This document shows, in pieces, positions 28,777 through 39,735 of a DNA stretch of 57,449 nucleotides. The translations under genes and the position numbers were made by a program. The DNA is from Treponema sp. GTDB lineage: Bacteria; Spirochaetota; Spirochaetia; Treponematales; Breznakiellaceae. Where the stretch lies: assembly GCA_031259215.1 (NCBI GenBank), contig JAIRLU010000125.1:1-57449 (forward strand), written 5' to 3'. The notes beneath the pieces are model-generated. The model did no database searches, had not been told where the DNA came from, and saw only the letters and a program-made list of their open reading frames with translations. Every line of letters begins with the position of its first letter. Within the stretch, counting starts at the first letter, position 1.

Positions 28777-29730
28777 CTAAACCCCTGCTTTCCCAAGCTG
28801 CGTCCCGGATTTGAGGATAGGTTTCATGGGGGTCATTTCCAAAATCTTCGTTTCTAATTCCGCAAGCTGACTGGCAATCCGGGCATCAATATCACCAAAA
28901 TCAGTCTCGATGATACAGCCGCCTTGATCAACCGAAGAATCTTCCTGAACCTGAATATGCTGTCCCCCTTCCAGGGTCTGAATAAAATCCTGGATGTGTT
29001 CGGTAGTCAATTGCAGATCCGCCGTATGCACTCTGATGATGACATCCCCCCGGCCTTTCACTTTCCGCAGCGCCTCTTTCGCATTGGCGATGACCACCTC
29101 TTGGGTCTGCTCGGAAATGATCTTAACCACTTTCCGGGAAATGAGGAGGACCAAATCCACGATCTGCTGCTCTGTTTCAATAAGAATTGCCGACCGCTTG
29201 TCCTGAGCCCGCTCAAGGACCGTCTGGATTCTCTGAATAAGCCGATCTACTTCGGCCTTGCCTTCTTTAAATCCTGCTTCTTTGCCTAAAAGTAAGCCCT
29301 CTTGTTCCGCTTCTTTCCGATGGGTCTCAATGGCAGTCTGGGCAGCAGTCTCCATATCTTGAGATCTTCGCCGACCTTCCGCAAGCATACGTTCCGCTGA
29401 TAGTTTGGCGTCTTTTTGCAGGGCCTGGGCTTGTTCAGTTCCCCGACGCACTGCCTCCGCCGCAGCTTCTTCGGCATCCTTAATAATCTGCTCTGCTGCT
29501 ACCTTGGCGGATAAGACCATCGTATCCCGCTCTGCAATCCATTGACTCTTAAAAAGTTCTGCTTCCCGACGAATATCTTCTACGGTAGGACCGTCGTATT
29601 GCTCTACCTCCAAGGGCTCTACCGCATCATCCTCTTGAATCAGCCCTTCTGAAACGGTAGTGGGAGGCTCTATCAACATTTTAGTATCATTGATAATAAT
29701 CTCATCGGATCTAAAAATCACTCTTGACAT
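28777..29730 (-). CDS. fliH: Flagellar assembly protein FliH.
   Basis: Charged coiled-coil centre with a FliH C-terminal domain (VIIRVHTADL..GGCIIETDFGDIDARI). The start is placed at MSRVIF. Confidence 0.75.
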   Translation of the reverse strand: MSRVIFRSDEIIINDTKMLIEPPTTVSEGLIQEDDAVEPLEVEQYDGPTVEDIRREAELFKSQWIAERDTMVLSAKVAAEQIIKDAEEAAAEAVRRGTEQAQALQKDAKLSAERMLAEGRRRSQDMETAAQTAIETHRKEAEQEGLLLGKEAGFKEGKAEVDRLIQRIQTVLERAQDKRSAILIETEQQIVDLVLLISRKVVKIISEQTQEVVIANAKEALRKVKGRGDVIIRVHTADLQLTTEHIQDFIQTLEGGQHIQVQEDSSVDQGGCIIETDFGDIDARIASQLAELETKILEMTPMKPILKSGTQLGKAGV

Positions 29731-30017
29731 GGACCCTACCTCATGCATGGGTAAAAATTTATAGTACAGGCATTTGCAAAATATCCAATTTGGCAAACCT
29801 AACCGTATACCAAGGATCTACCATCGGGATCCTTTAAGGTACTTACATAACGGCTATGCTCCCGGGAATACGCCCTTTTTCGAAAAACCCCCAGCCGCCT
29901 ACCCTTTGGGTACTTCCTCGTTCTTATAGCCTCATATACAACAAGGCAATCACCCGTGCAAAAACCCGGAATTCGCTCGTTATGTGGATAGGTAAGAGAA
30001 CTACATCCCGCTGGCTC

Positions 30018-31064
30018 CTAGACCACCAATTCGTCTTCCCCTGCTCGGGCAATGACGATCTCTCCACTCTCTTCCAGCCGTCGGATAATCGATACGATCT
30101 TCTGCTGGGCTTCTTCCACGTCCTTTAACCGAACCGGGCCCATATAGTCCATATCTTCCTTGAGCATCCCTGCGGCACGCTTACTCATGTTCCGGAAGAT
30201 CTTATCCTGCACTTCCGCATCCACCGACTTTAATGCCTTAGCCAACTCTCCAGAATCCACTTCCCGCAAAATCTTCTGAATAGATTTGTCGTCGATCATC
30301 ACAATATCTTCGAACACAAACATCCGCTTCTTGATCTCTTCAGCCAGTTCCGGATCTTCCCCTTCCAAGGCTTCAATGATCTGTTTTTCCGATGTTCTAT
30401 CCACCAGGTTAAGGATCTCCACGATACTTTCAACTCCTCCGGCAGCGGTGTAGTCTTCACTGGACAGGGTGGAAAGCTTCTTTTCCAGCACCCGCTCTAC
30501 CTCCCGCAGGACTTCAGGACTGGTCCGGTCCATGGTGGCGATACGCCGAGCTACATCGCTTTGCATTTCATGGGGAAGATTCTGGATTATCACCGAAGCC
30601 TTATTCGGTTCCAAATACGCCACAATAAGGGCAATAGTCTGGGGGTGTTCTTGTTGAATAAAATTAAGGAGATGCGCCGGATCCGTACGGCGTATAAAAT
30701 CAAAGGGCCGCACCTGCAAGCTCGATGTAAGGCGGTTAATGATATCTACCGCCTTCTGGCTTCCCAGGGCTTTTTCCAAGAGTTCCCTCGCATAATCAAT
30801 ACCACCGGTGGTGATAAATTGATTTGCCATCATGAGTTCCTGAAACTCTTGCAAAATAGCGTCTTTTCGTTCAGACTCTACGGTTTCGAGTCGGGCAATC
30901 TCAAAGGTAAGGGTTTCAATTTCATCTTCTCGTAAATACTTAAATATTTCAGAGGATACCTCAGCACCTATAGATACCAAGAAAATAGCAGCCTTCTGCC
31001 TACCGGTAATATCTTTCGGCCCCTTTTTCTTACCCGCGCCATCGGAACCCGGTGATTTTGCCAT
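30018..31064 (-). CDS. fliG: Flagellar motor switch protein FliG.
   Basis: 348 aa with motifs GRQKAAIFLVSIG, EHPQTIALIVAYL and MFVFEDI. Confidence 0.9.
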   Translation of the reverse strand: MAKSPGSDGAGKKKGPKDITGRQKAAIFLVSIGAEVSSEIFKYLREDEIETLTFEIARLETVESERKDAILQEFQELMMANQFITTGGIDYARELLEKALGSQKAVDIINRLTSSLQVRPFDFIRRTDPAHLLNFIQQEHPQTIALIVAYLEPNKASVIIQNLPHEMQSDVARRIATMDRTSPEVLREVERVLEKKLSTLSSEDYTAAGGVESIVEILNLVDRTSEKQIIEALEGEDPELAEEIKKRMFVFEDIVMIDDKSIQKILREVDSGELAKALKSVDAEVQDKIFRNMSKRAAGMLKEDMDYMGPVRLKDVEEAQQKIVSIIRRLEESGEIVIARAGEDELVV

Positions 31065-31068
31065 TGCC

Positions 31069-32775
31069 TTATTCCTCCAAAAGCCAGGTTCTTAAAAGCT
31101 GTGCCACATCCTCAGGGTGGTTTTTAGCTACATCGGCAACACTTTCATGTAATTCCATACGGACTCGTTCTTCATTAGACATAGGGAGTTCTGCTCCTTC
31201 CTGCTCTGCTTGCATCAGCGCACTATCCCGCATTTCTTGTTCCCGTCTAGTACGCTCCGCCTCTTCCAAAATCCGTTTTCGCTCGAGTCTCCGGGCTAGG
31301 ATCCGGAATACGATAAATCCCATGAGCAGTAAGACAAATCCCCCCAGCGCTATCAAAAGGATGGATTGTAACTGCTTTTGCTTAAAAAAAGCGGTGTCTT
31401 CTTCGGCAAATTGCTTGGTTCGATCAAAGCCAATATTTTGTACGGTTACTGAGTCTCCCCGAGCCGCATTATACCCGATGGCATTCTGAATCCACGCCTG
31501 GGTCGCCCGAAGATCCTCCGGGGATATGGGGGTATATTCCCGTTCAATGGAACCGTCAGCAAGCACCACAGGATTTCGCTTTTCATCATAGTTCATTTGC
31601 CAAGTTCCATCAATATTAACCGAAACCGTAACCCGGTCTATCCTCGGGCTCCGTTCTTCCTGGATAGAACGCTTATTGATTTCTTCATTATCGACCAGGG
31701 TTTCCTGGGTAACCTCCCCGTAAAGGTTTGACATATCCCGAAAGGCCGGAGCAGTCTGACCTTCAACCCCTGGGGGGCCTTCCGGCGTGAACCCGGTACC
31801 CTTCCAGGTGGTACTGGAAGTGGTTTTAGACCGGGTAACCGAAGGAACGATCTCCGAATCATCATAAGAAGACCCGGGAGTCCGGGGCCGTATGGTAGTG
31901 GGAAAGAATTCTTCGGTACTGATAGCTTTTCTCGACAGATCCATCTCGATCTTAATATTAAGGTCTCGAACCCGATCCGCGGTAAAGGTGTCTTGAAGGG
32001 ATTTAAGGATAACTGCCCGGTACTGGGCTTCTAAGGTTCGAATCATCTTGTTCCCTCGCTCAATGAAACTCAAGCGATCCAATTCAGCCTGGCCGGTAAA
32101 GTCATTGAGCACGATCCCGTTTTGATCGGTAATAACGATGGTATCATCCTGGAGACCGGCTACCGCAAATTTGAGCAGCTTCTGAATCCCTTCGATCTTT
32201 TTACGGTTTTGGGTAATATCACTGCCCAATCGAGGAGTAATGATCACACTCGCGGTTACCGGGTTCTGTTCTGAGGCAAACAAGGTCCGTTCAGGCATTA
32301 CCAAGGTAACATTGGCATTATCCACATCATCTAAAGCCCGAATATGCTCAGTAACCATCTGGGTAATGGCCCGTTGGAGGTTCACGTTACGCTCAAAATC
32401 GGTGATGGTCCATCGTTCCCGGTCGAACAACTCCCAAGGACTGGTTCCCGAAGGGATCAGGTCCTCCCGAACCAAAATAGCCCGCATACGCCGGGCAGTG
32501 GGGTCATCAGGAACCATGATAATCCCCGTAGAAGATACCGATGTTTTAACCCCTTCTTCGTTTATTCTCGTAAGGATTCGATTCCGGGCGCCTTCATCCA
32601 ACACCGGGGCGTCAATAACCGGGACCATAGTAGGAGCCGCAGATACAGAAAAGAGCGCAATGATCCCAGCAATAGCTGCTACACAAATCCCCAAAAGTAT
32701 GAGTTTCTGTAATAAGGACCATTTACCCCATAGTTTCTGTATCTGTCCTACAATTTTCTTGATCCACTCGCCCAT
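31069..32775 (-). CDS. fliF: Flagellar M-ring protein FliF.
   Basis: 568 aa with an N-terminal TM segment, a YscJ/FliF domain and a second TM segment near residue 470. Confidence 0.9.
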   Translation of the reverse strand: MGEWIKKIVGQIQKLWGKWSLLQKLILLGICVAAIAGIIALFSVSAAPTMVPVIDAPVLDEGARNRILTRINEEGVKTSVSSTGIIMVPDDPTARRMRAILVREDLIPSGTSPWELFDRERWTITDFERNVNLQRAITQMVTEHIRALDDVDNANVTLVMPERTLFASEQNPVTASVIITPRLGSDITQNRKKIEGIQKLLKFAVAGLQDDTIVITDQNGIVLNDFTGQAELDRLSFIERGNKMIRTLEAQYRAVILKSLQDTFTADRVRDLNIKIEMDLSRKAISTEEFFPTTIRPRTPGSSYDDSEIVPSVTRSKTTSSTTWKGTGFTPEGPPGVEGQTAPAFRDMSNLYGEVTQETLVDNEEINKRSIQEERSPRIDRVTVSVNIDGTWQMNYDEKRNPVVLADGSIEREYTPISPEDLRATQAWIQNAIGYNAARGDSVTVQNIGFDRTKQFAEEDTAFFKQKQLQSILLIALGGFVLLLMGFIVFRILARRLERKRILEEAERTRREQEMRDSALMQAEQEGAELPMSNEERVRMELHESVADVAKNHPEDVAQLLRTWLLEE

Positions 32776-32870
32776 ATCCCCCCCGACATATTGTTATCCC
32801 TCTTTTTCCTTACCTTACCTTATGAGACCGCTGCTCTTGCGAAGGCCATTTATCATACCTGTGCATAACC

Positions 32871-33242
32871 TTATCGTGTATTGATAAGATCTTTCCAGCC
32901 CTGGACCAAGCGGTTCAACAGGGTTCTGGAAATATTTAAAGACATAGAAGCCTTTGCCTGGGCAATGGTAATATCATGCACATCCACTGAACCCGGTTCC
33001 GTAATAGCAGTTTGTATCAGATCACTGGCTCGTTGCTGATCCCCTGAAACCCGATCTAAAGCCCGGAGCATCGCATCTTCAAAACTCCCTGAACGAAGAA
33101 CCGATTCCGCGCCAATCTTATCCCCCAAGGACGCCAATGCCTCCCCACGAGCAGTACCCGATGCAGGAACTATATGCTTAGGATGGGTTACCTGCAGGGG
33201 GATAGTATCAATTCCTATCAGGTGAGGTACGCCGATACTCAT
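32871..33242 (-). CDS. fliE: Flagellar hook-basal body complex protein FliE.
   Basis: 123 aa. The C-terminal VHDITIAQAKASMSLNISRTLLNRLVQGWKDL is FliE-like. It sits between flgC and fliF. Confidence 0.8.
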   Translation of the reverse strand: MSIGVPHLIGIDTIPLQVTHPKHIVPASGTARGEALASLGDKIGAESVLRSGSFEDAMLRALDRVSGDQQRASDLIQTAITEPGSVDVHDITIAQAKASMSLNISRTLLNRLVQGWKDLINTR

Positions 33243-33245
33243 CCA

Positions 33246-33707
33246 TTACCTCCCCCCTATGTCCAAAGCCCGCTGAAACATGGTCTTAGAACCGTCAATG
33301 ATGGACGCATTCGCCTCATAGGCACGGGATGCGGCAATCATATCCACCATTTCCGTAACAATATCTACGTTCGGCATCTCCACATAGCCTTCCTGGGGAC
33401 CTGAGGTAATGGCATCAGGGTGGGTCGGATCATACACTAACCTGTTTTTAGTAGTAAAATCTTTTTGTATCTCTACTACCCGCACTCCCTGTCCTGGGCC
33501 GTTATCCATCATATCCGGGAGAAAAGGAGAACGCCAGTAAGGTCCCTCGGTTTTGGGTCGCATGATGACTCGGCTTCGCCGATAAGGCCCCCCTTCAGTA
33601 GTACGGGTGGTGGAAGCATTGGCAATATTATCGGCAATCACATCGGCAATAAGCCGTTGGGCACTCATGCCGGTAGAGGCTATTTGTATCGAATTAAAGA
33701 TTCCCAT
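33246..33707 (-). CDS. flgC: Flagellar basal-body rod protein FlgC.
   Basis: IASTGMSAQRLIADVIADNIANASTT, together with the C-terminal EMPNVDIVTEMVDMIAASRAYEAN. Confidence 0.9.
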   Translation of the reverse strand: MGIFNSIQIASTGMSAQRLIADVIADNIANASTTRTTEGGPYRRSRVIMRPKTEGPYWRSPFLPDMMDNGPGQGVRVVEIQKDFTTKNRLVYDPTHPDAITSGPQEGYVEMPNVDIVTEMVDMIAASRAYEANASIIDGSKTMFQRALDIGGR

Positions 33708-33717
33708 ACTCCATACC

Positions 33718-34137
33718 TTACCTTAAGACCATCGTAATTTGACTGAACTCAAAAGATTCCCCCTGGGCTAAGAGGGTATATAAAAGCTGATTTTCTACGG
33801 CTCGCATGATCTCCTGCTCCGGATCCACGTTATTTCCATTATTTTTAGAGGTACTTACATAATCGAGAACCCGCCGCGGCTGCACCTCTTGATAATCTCG
33901 TTTGCGCCAATTACTTATATGCCGAGGATCGGTTTGGGTTAATTCCAAACTAGGTCGCTGTTTTTCAGTGTCTAGCGCTCGTTTCAGTTCACTTTCAAAA
34001 CTTAGATCCGACCGTTTGAACCCTGGAACCGTGGCGTTAGCCAGATTATTGGCAATCACATCCCGACGTATGAGACTCGCATCCATAGCACGATGGACCA
34101 AGTCTACGGTTCGAGAAAAATTATTTTCCATACCCAT
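33718..34137 (-). CDS. flgB: Flagellar basal-body rod protein FlgB.
   Basis: The motif RRDVIANNLANATVPGFKR and its position as first gene of the rod operon. Confidence 0.9.
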   Translation of the reverse strand: MGMENNFSRTVDLVHRAMDASLIRRDVIANNLANATVPGFKRSDLSFESELKRALDTEKQRPSLELTQTDPRHISNWRKRDYQEVQPRRVLDYVSTSKNNGNNVDPEQEIMRAVENQLLYTLLAQGESFEFSQITMVLR

Positions 34138-34167
34138 TCCTAACCCCCCTGTATATCATCGGCATGT

Positions 34168-34196
34168 TTTATATAAAAGTTAGCACTATCATGTAA
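34168..34196 (-). promoter_or_regulatory. Candidate sigma-70-type promoter of the flgB operon.
   Basis: Minus-sense sequence is TTACAT, a 17-nt spacer (gatagtgctaactttta), then TATAAA. It lies about 30 nt upstream of the flgB start. Confidence 0.35.
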
Positions 34197-34271
34197 GGTT
34201 CCTTCCTTGCGCTGGAGTCTGCTGAGGTCTATCGGGCTTCATAATCTGTATCATGACATGGCGTAGCGGCG

Positions 34272-35885
34272 TTACAAGATATACCGGCCTAAATCATGAT
34301 CCATGACCAAATTAGTAAGCTTTTCGTTGACATAGGTCTCGGTAATAGCTACCTTCGTCGGGGCAATATCCGGAGCCTCGAAGGAGAGCTCCTCTAAGAG
34401 GGCTTCCATGATGGTATGGAGCCTCCGGGCGCCGATGTTTTCCAGCCGGGAATTGACCTCCGCAGCCAAGGCTGCAAGGCGCTCTATCGCATCAGGAGTA
34501 AAAGTGATGTCCACCTGCTCGGTCCCTAAGAGATCCATGTACTGTTTGGTCAGGGCATTTTTAGGTTCCGTCAAGATCCGAAGGAAATCCTCCTTCCCCA
34601 AGGAATCTAACTCAACCCGCAAGGGGAAACGGCCTTGAAGCTCAGGAATTAAATCCGAAGGTTTACTGACATTAAAAGCACCCGCAGCCACAAAAAGAAT
34701 GTGATCCGTATTAACCGGTCCCCACTTGGTATTCACCGTAGCCCCTTCCACAATGGGCAGGATGTCCCGTTGTACCCCTTCCCGGGATACGTCAGGACCG
34801 CCTCCCCCCCGTTCACCTTTGACCGCGATCTTGTCAATCTCGTCAATAAAGACGATCCCGGTCTCTTCCACCCGCTGCCGGGCTTCGTCGCTCACCCGAT
34901 CCCGATCGATGAGTTTTTCCGATTCCTCTGCCTTGAGAATCTCCCGGGCCCGGCTTACGGTAAGGAGTTTTTTCTTTTTACTACCTCCGAAAAAACCGGC
35001 GATCCCTGAAAGGCTGGACTCTAGATCTTCTAAGCTCCCGCCCATCATCTCAAAAGTCGGAAACTGGGGGTTCTGGGTTACGGTAATTTCCACGATCTTG
35101 TCCTCCAGTTTGCCTTCCCGGAGCATCGTCCTGAACTTTTCTCGCGTAGAAACATCTTTTCCCGAAAGGGTTTCCTCTGGGGCTTGATCTTCCTGAACCG
35201 CATCTTTCGCCTCCTGGTCTTCAACCTCTTCCGTGCTCGTTTCCCCGCTGTCTTGGGTGTTCCGAAAAAGCGAAGGGATGCCCACCTGAATAGCCGCTCC
35301 CATGAGGGAAGGCCCATTTCCGCCATTGGTATCAGGAATGGAAAAGGTTCCCATAGGCCTCACCACAGGCCGGGCTTGGGGCTTAGGCTCTTTACGCTTC
35401 TTACCGGTTCCCGGCAACAGGAGGTCCAACAAGGCCTCTTCCGCCCGTTTCTCTGCTTCCAGGGTTACGGACTCTTGCATCTCCTGTTTCACCATCTGGA
35501 TCCCTGCGGCCATGAGATCCCGGATCATAGACTCCACGTCCCGACCCACATAGCCCACCTCAGTGTACTTGGTAGCCTCCACTTTAATAAAGGGAGAGCC
35601 CGCGAGTTTAGCCAGCCGCCGGGCGATCTCGGTCTTACCCACCCCGGTGGGACCAATCATCAGTATGTTCTTAGGGGCAATATCTTCCCGTATATCACTT
35701 TCCAGCTTGAGGCGGCGGATCCGGTTCCGTAAGGCCACGGCCACGGCGCGCTTGGCCTTTTTCTGCCCCACGATATACTTATCTAACTCAGCGACAATCT
35801 CCCGGGGAGTAAGACGATCCAAGTTTTTTTCACTGTTTTTCTTGACAAACAGGTCATGTTTCTTGTTGATAGGTTGACTACTCAT
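34272..35885 (-). CDS. hslU: ATP-dependent protease ATPase subunit HslU, with an enlarged I-domain.
   Basis: Motifs TPREIVAELDKYIVGQ, GPTGVGKTEIARRLA and IVFIDEIDK. It is about 90 aa longer than the usual ~445 aa because of an acidic, low-complexity insertion. Confidence 0.9.
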   Translation of the reverse strand: MSSQPINKKHDLFVKKNSEKNLDRLTPREIVAELDKYIVGQKKAKRAVAVALRNRIRRLKLESDIREDIAPKNILMIGPTGVGKTEIARRLAKLAGSPFIKVEATKYTEVGYVGRDVESMIRDLMAAGIQMVKQEMQESVTLEAEKRAEEALLDLLLPGTGKKRKEPKPQARPVVRPMGTFSIPDTNGGNGPSLMGAAIQVGIPSLFRNTQDSGETSTEEVEDQEAKDAVQEDQAPEETLSGKDVSTREKFRTMLREGKLEDKIVEITVTQNPQFPTFEMMGGSLEDLESSLSGIAGFFGGSKKKKLLTVSRAREILKAEESEKLIDRDRVSDEARQRVEETGIVFIDEIDKIAVKGERGGGGPDVSREGVQRDILPIVEGATVNTKWGPVNTDHILFVAAGAFNVSKPSDLIPELQGRFPLRVELDSLGKEDFLRILTEPKNALTKQYMDLLGTEQVDITFTPDAIERLAALAAEVNSRLENIGARRLHTIMEALLEELSFEAPDIAPTKVAITETYVNEKLTNLVMDHDLGRYIL

Positions 35886-35898
35886 ATATTTCTCCTCA

Positions 35899-36447
35899 TT
35901 ACGCTAACTCCTCCAGGGTCGTGTGTCCATTCGTATAGATACAGATCGTTCCCGCGATGGCAAGACTCTTTTCCGCGATTTCTCGCGCGGAAAAGGAACT
36001 GCCTTCTAAGTAGGCCAAAGCCGCGGCATAGGCATAGTTGCCTCCCGACCCTATGGCCAGGGCGTCTTCCGCAGGCTCAATCACATCTCCGGTGCCTGAT
36101 ATAAGCAGGGTTTTGTGAATGTCCGCCACCAAAAGCAAGGCTTCAAGCCGCCTAAGGGACCGGTCGGTACGCCAATCCTTGGCCAGTTCTACTGCGGCCC
36201 GGGCCAGATCCCCGGAATACTCCTTGAGCTTGGTTTCGAAACGGTCGAAAAGGGTGAAGGCGTCGGCAGTGGCCCCGGCGAATCCGCACAGGACTTTGCC
36301 GTCCATGAGCCGTCGTACCTTGCGGGCGTTGTTTTTCATCACCGTTTCACCCATGGTTATCTGTCCATCCCCGGCCATAGCAACCTTGCCGTCTTTGCGT
36401 ACCACCAGTACGGTAGTGCTTCGAATCTTATGCGTATGTTCTTTCAT
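35899..36447 (-). CDS. hslV: ATP-dependent protease subunit HslV.
   Basis: [22 protein letters not shown]...[11 protein letters not shown]. The start is uncertain, with ATG at either 36447 or 36465. Confidence 0.85.
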   Translation of the reverse strand: MKEHTHKIRSTTVLVVRKDGKVAMAGDGQITMGETVMKNNARKVRRLMDGKVLCGFAGATADAFTLFDRFETKLKEYSGDLARAAVELAKDWRTDRSLRRLEALLLVADIHKTLLISGTGDVIEPAEDALAIGSGGNYAYAAALAYLEGSSFSAREIAEKSLAIAGTICIYTNGHTTLEELA

Positions 36448-36472
36448 TATCGTTCTTTTCCTCATAATGTCT

Positions 36473-37453
36473 TTATCCTGTACCCCGGTTATCCCCCATC
36501 GGACCTTCCGGCGCAGAGGGTGCGTTTCCGGATTGCTTGCTGCCATGGGGATGAGCCTGGGCATAGACGGCTTTTAAGCGTTCCATGTTCACATGGGTAT
36601 ACCGCTGGGTAGTGGCGATACTCTCATGGCCTAAAAGGGCTTGTACCACCCGGACATCACAACCCGCGTTTACCAGATGCGCCGCAAAGCTATGGCGCAA
36701 GGCATGGGGATGCAGAGGCTTCTGCAATCCTGATCGCTGGGCATACTGGTTGATGATCCACCGCACCCCGCTCACCGATAAACCTTCCCCTTTCTGGTTG
36801 AGGAAGAGCCGGTCCTTAGGGTTTTCCCGGGGCAACTTTTTTTCCCGGATGGGCAGATAGGCTTTTAAGGCCTGCACCGCTTCACCGGAAAAAAATACGT
36901 ACCGTTCTTTATCCCCCTTCCCAATGATCCGGGCGCTGCTCAAGTCCGCGGCCAAGCGCCCCACCCCCAGGGACGCCACTTCGGATATCCTAAGGCCCCC
37001 GGAATACATGGTTAAAAGCAGCGCCTTATCCCGCACCGGCCACAGGATCTGGGCATGATCCGGAAGGGCGGCAAAGGCGGCCATCTCCTCCACCCAGAGA
37101 AAGACCGGCAAGGGTTTCGGGGCCTTCAAAGAGGATACCAACTCGGTGGGATTATCCTTGCGGTACCCAAACCGAACCAGCCACCGGTAAAAGCCGCGCA
37201 GCGAAGCCAGGGCGCGATTCACCGTTACCACCGCCTTATCCTCAGCACTTATAGCCACCATGAAGCGCTGTACCTCCTGGCGGGTCGCCTTTTCGGCAAC
37301 AATTCCCTGTTTTTGGCAATACCCGGCAAAGCGGGCTATATCCAGCCGGTATGCCTCGAGGGTCCGCGCCGCCATACCCCGCACCGAAGCCAGGTACGCC
37401 AGGTAACGCTCCATTACCGGCGGAAGGGGGGGGCGCTCCCGCTTATTCGCCAT
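36473..37453 (-). CDS. xerC: XerC/CodV-type tyrosine recombinase.
   Basis: Motifs [18 protein letters not shown] and [16 protein letters not shown]. It lies upstream of hslVU, as in the codV-clpQY arrangement. Confidence 0.75.
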   Translation of the reverse strand: MANKRERPPLPPVMERYLAYLASVRGMAARTLEAYRLDIARFAGYCQKQGIVAEKATRQEVQRFMVAISAEDKAVVTVNRALASLRGFYRWLVRFGYRKDNPTELVSSLKAPKPLPVFLWVEEMAAFAALPDHAQILWPVRDKALLLTMYSGGLRISEVASLGVGRLAADLSSARIIGKGDKERYVFFSGEAVQALKAYLPIREKKLPRENPKDRLFLNQKGEGLSVSGVRWIINQYAQRSGLQKPLHPHALRHSFAAHLVNAGCDVRVVQALLGHESIATTQRYTHVNMERLKAVYAQAHPHGSKQSGNAPSAPEGPMGDNRGTG

Positions 37454-39728
37454 GATTCTGTCCCTCTAGTGCTTCTTCATAGACCAGCTCATCCAGCGAA
37501 TCGTCGCTGGAATGGAGATAATCACAGGCCGGGTTGATACAGGCCTTGTGGGAGCCGTTTTTCTTGTCGTATTTTTCTACCATAAACTGTCCGCACTTGG
37601 GACAATTCTGGTTGATCGGTTTAAAGTGGCTGATAAAGTCGCACTCAGGATAGTTGGTACACCCATAGAATTCCTTGCCCCGCTTCTTGGTCTTCCGGGC
37701 CACAATATCACCGCCGCAGCGAGGACACTTTGCCAAGGGTAAGGATTTGGTATGCCGGCATTCTGGAAACCCCGTACAGGCGAGGAAGAACCCGAAGCGA
37801 CCCAGCTTTTTCACCAGGGGCCTTCCGCAGGCATCACACACCTGATCCGTTACTTCGTCTAGGCTGCCTTTGAAGGATTCCAGGGTTTTCCCCACCTCTT
37901 CAAGTCTATCCTTAAAAGGATCATAGAATTCCCGGATCATGTCGGGCCAGCGGAGCTGTTGTTCTTCCACCGCATCAAGCTTGTTTTCCATAGAGGCGGT
38001 GAAGGTCGTATCCACCACCTCAGGAAAATATTCCACCAACATATCGCAGATAAGCCTCCCCAAGATCGTGGGGACCAGCTGCTTATTGGACCGGGTTACA
38101 TAGTACCGATCCAACAATACCGAGATGGTAGGCGCATAGGTGGAAGGCCGTCCGATTCCTTTTTCTTCCAGGGTCTTCACTATGGAAGCGTCGGTATACC
38201 GGGTCGGTCCCTGGGTAAAGTGCTGTTCAGGATAGAACACATCTATGATCACCGGATCTCCAACCTTGAGGGAAGGATACCCATATCCCCGTTCTTCCCT
38301 GGAAGGAAGGAGCTTCATCACCATATAAAATCCTTTTTCTATGATTTTAGTTCCGGAGATTCTAAATATCCCTGCTCCTGCCTGAATATCGGTACTCACG
38401 GTCCGGGTTTTCGCGGCCTTCATTTGGCTTGACACGAAGCGTTCCCAAATAAGGGTGTAGAGCCGGAGTTGATCCCGGGAGAGATGCTCCTTTACCTCAT
38501 CAGCCGTATACCGTACATAGGTGGGCCTGATGGCTTCATGGGCATCTTGGGCCTTTTTCCCCAAGGTGTATTCTACGGCCTTTTCTGGCAGCTCCTGGGG
38601 ATACTGCTCGTGGATCCACGCTCGGACCTCCTCTAAGGCGATCTGAGATATGCGCACCGAATCGGTACGCATATAGGTGATAAGCCCCACCCGGGAAGCG
38701 CCGATATTCACCCCTTCATAGAGCTGTTGGGCCACTTGCATGGTTTTTTTGCTGGTAAATCCCAGACGGTTCGCAGCGGTCTGCTGCAGTTGGGAAGTCG
38801 TAAAGGGAGGTTTGGGCCGTATGGTTTTATCAATTTCCCGAATATCTGAAACCTTACAATCTACCCCGGTGATCTGATCGATGATCTCCTGGACCGCAGC
38901 TTGTTTTTTTAATTCGGGTTTATTCCCCTGCCACAGTACCAGCTGCGCGGTAAACCTGGACCTTCCCACCATAAAATCCGCTTCCAGGGTCCAGTATTCT
39001 TCGGGAATAAAGGACTCAAGCTCTTTTTCCCGTTCACAGATGAGCCGTAACGCCACCGACTGTACCCGTCCTGCAGAAAGCCCGTTTTTTACCTTCTTCC
39101 AGAGCAGGGGGGAAAGGTTATACCCCACCAGCCGGTCCAGGACCCGCCGGGCCTTCTGGGCATTTACCTTGGCCTCGTCAATGGATCCGGGATGAGCCAC
39201 CGCATCCTTAATGGCCACCGGGGTAATCTCATTGAAGGCGATGCGCTGAATAGGCACCTTATCGGCCTTGGCATTGATAGCCTTACGCAGGTGCCATGCA
39301 ATGGCCTCCCCTTCACGGTCATTATCACTGGCCAGGAGTACGATATCTGACTTCTTGGCATCCCCCTGGAGTTCCTTGAGAATTTTTGCCCTTCCCCGGA
39401 CCGTGATGTATTCAGGTTCAAAATCATGGGCCACATCAATGGCTAAACGGGATTTGGGGAGGTCGATGAGGTGTCCCATGGAGGCTTTTACCGTATAAGA
39501 AGCGCCCAAATACTTTTCAATGGTCTTTGCCTTAGCCGGAGACTCCACAATCACGAGAATCTTTTTCTTCTTTTTTTCCTGGGGCTTTTTTTTCTTACGT
39601 TCTGTAACCGGTTTATCCTCTCGGGTTGTATCCCTGTCCCTATTCTCCACCGTACCGCCCTGGGGTACTCCTGATTGTTTGCGTTTTTTTCCCGGAGGGG
39701 AAAAGGGTTTGTCGGTTTCTACAGTCAT
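37443..39728 (-). CDS. topA: DNA topoisomerase I.
   Basis: A Toprim domain (ILVIVESPAKAKTIEKYLG), the active-site region (YMRTDS) and C-terminal CxxC zinc ribbons. The N-terminal extension is Lys-rich. The start is ATG 39728, with a possible alternative TTG at 39755. Confidence 0.9.
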   Translation of the reverse strand: MTVETDKPFSPPGKKRKQSGVPQGGTVENRDRDTTREDKPVTERKKKKPQEKKKKKILVIVESPAKAKTIEKYLGASYTVKASMGHLIDLPKSRLAIDVAHDFEPEYITVRGRAKILKELQGDAKKSDIVLLASDNDREGEAIAWHLRKAINAKADKVPIQRIAFNEITPVAIKDAVAHPGSIDEAKVNAQKARRVLDRLVGYNLSPLLWKKVKNGLSAGRVQSVALRLICEREKELESFIPEEYWTLEADFMVGRSRFTAQLVLWQGNKPELKKQAAVQEIIDQITGVDCKVSDIREIDKTIRPKPPFTTSQLQQTAANRLGFTSKKTMQVAQQLYEGVNIGASRVGLITYMRTDSVRISQIALEEVRAWIHEQYPQELPEKAVEYTLGKKAQDAHEAIRPTYVRYTADEVKEHLSRDQLRLYTLIWERFVSSQMKAAKTRTVSTDIQAGAGIFRISGTKIIEKGFYMVMKLLPSREERGYGYPSLKVGDPVIIDVFYPEQHFTQGPTRYTDASIVKTLEEKGIGRPSTYAPTISVLLDRYYVTRSNKQLVPTILGRLICDMLVEYFPEVVDTTFTASMENKLDAVEEQQLRWPDMIREFYDPFKDRLEEVGKTLESFKGSLDEVTDQVCDACGRPLVKKLGRFGFFLACTGFPECRHTKSLPLAKCPRCGGDIVARKTKKRGKEFYGCTNYPECDFISHFKPINQNCPKCGQFMVEKYDKKNGSHKACINPACDYLHSSDDSLDELVYEEALEGQNHGE

Positions 39729-39735
39729 CGTGTAC

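Noticed and set aside
29731-30017. A gap of about 290 nt between fliG and the chosen fliH start, checked for a small gene or regulatory RNA.
   Set aside because: I found no ORF with an RBS and no strong structure. The gap may partly reflect an upstream alternative fliH start (ATG at 29796).
35100-35440. An acidic, low-complexity insertion of about 90 aa in the HslU I-domain.
   Set aside because: The reading frame is intact and the flanking motifs are normal. Variable I-domains are common. It is noted only as a lineage peculiarity.
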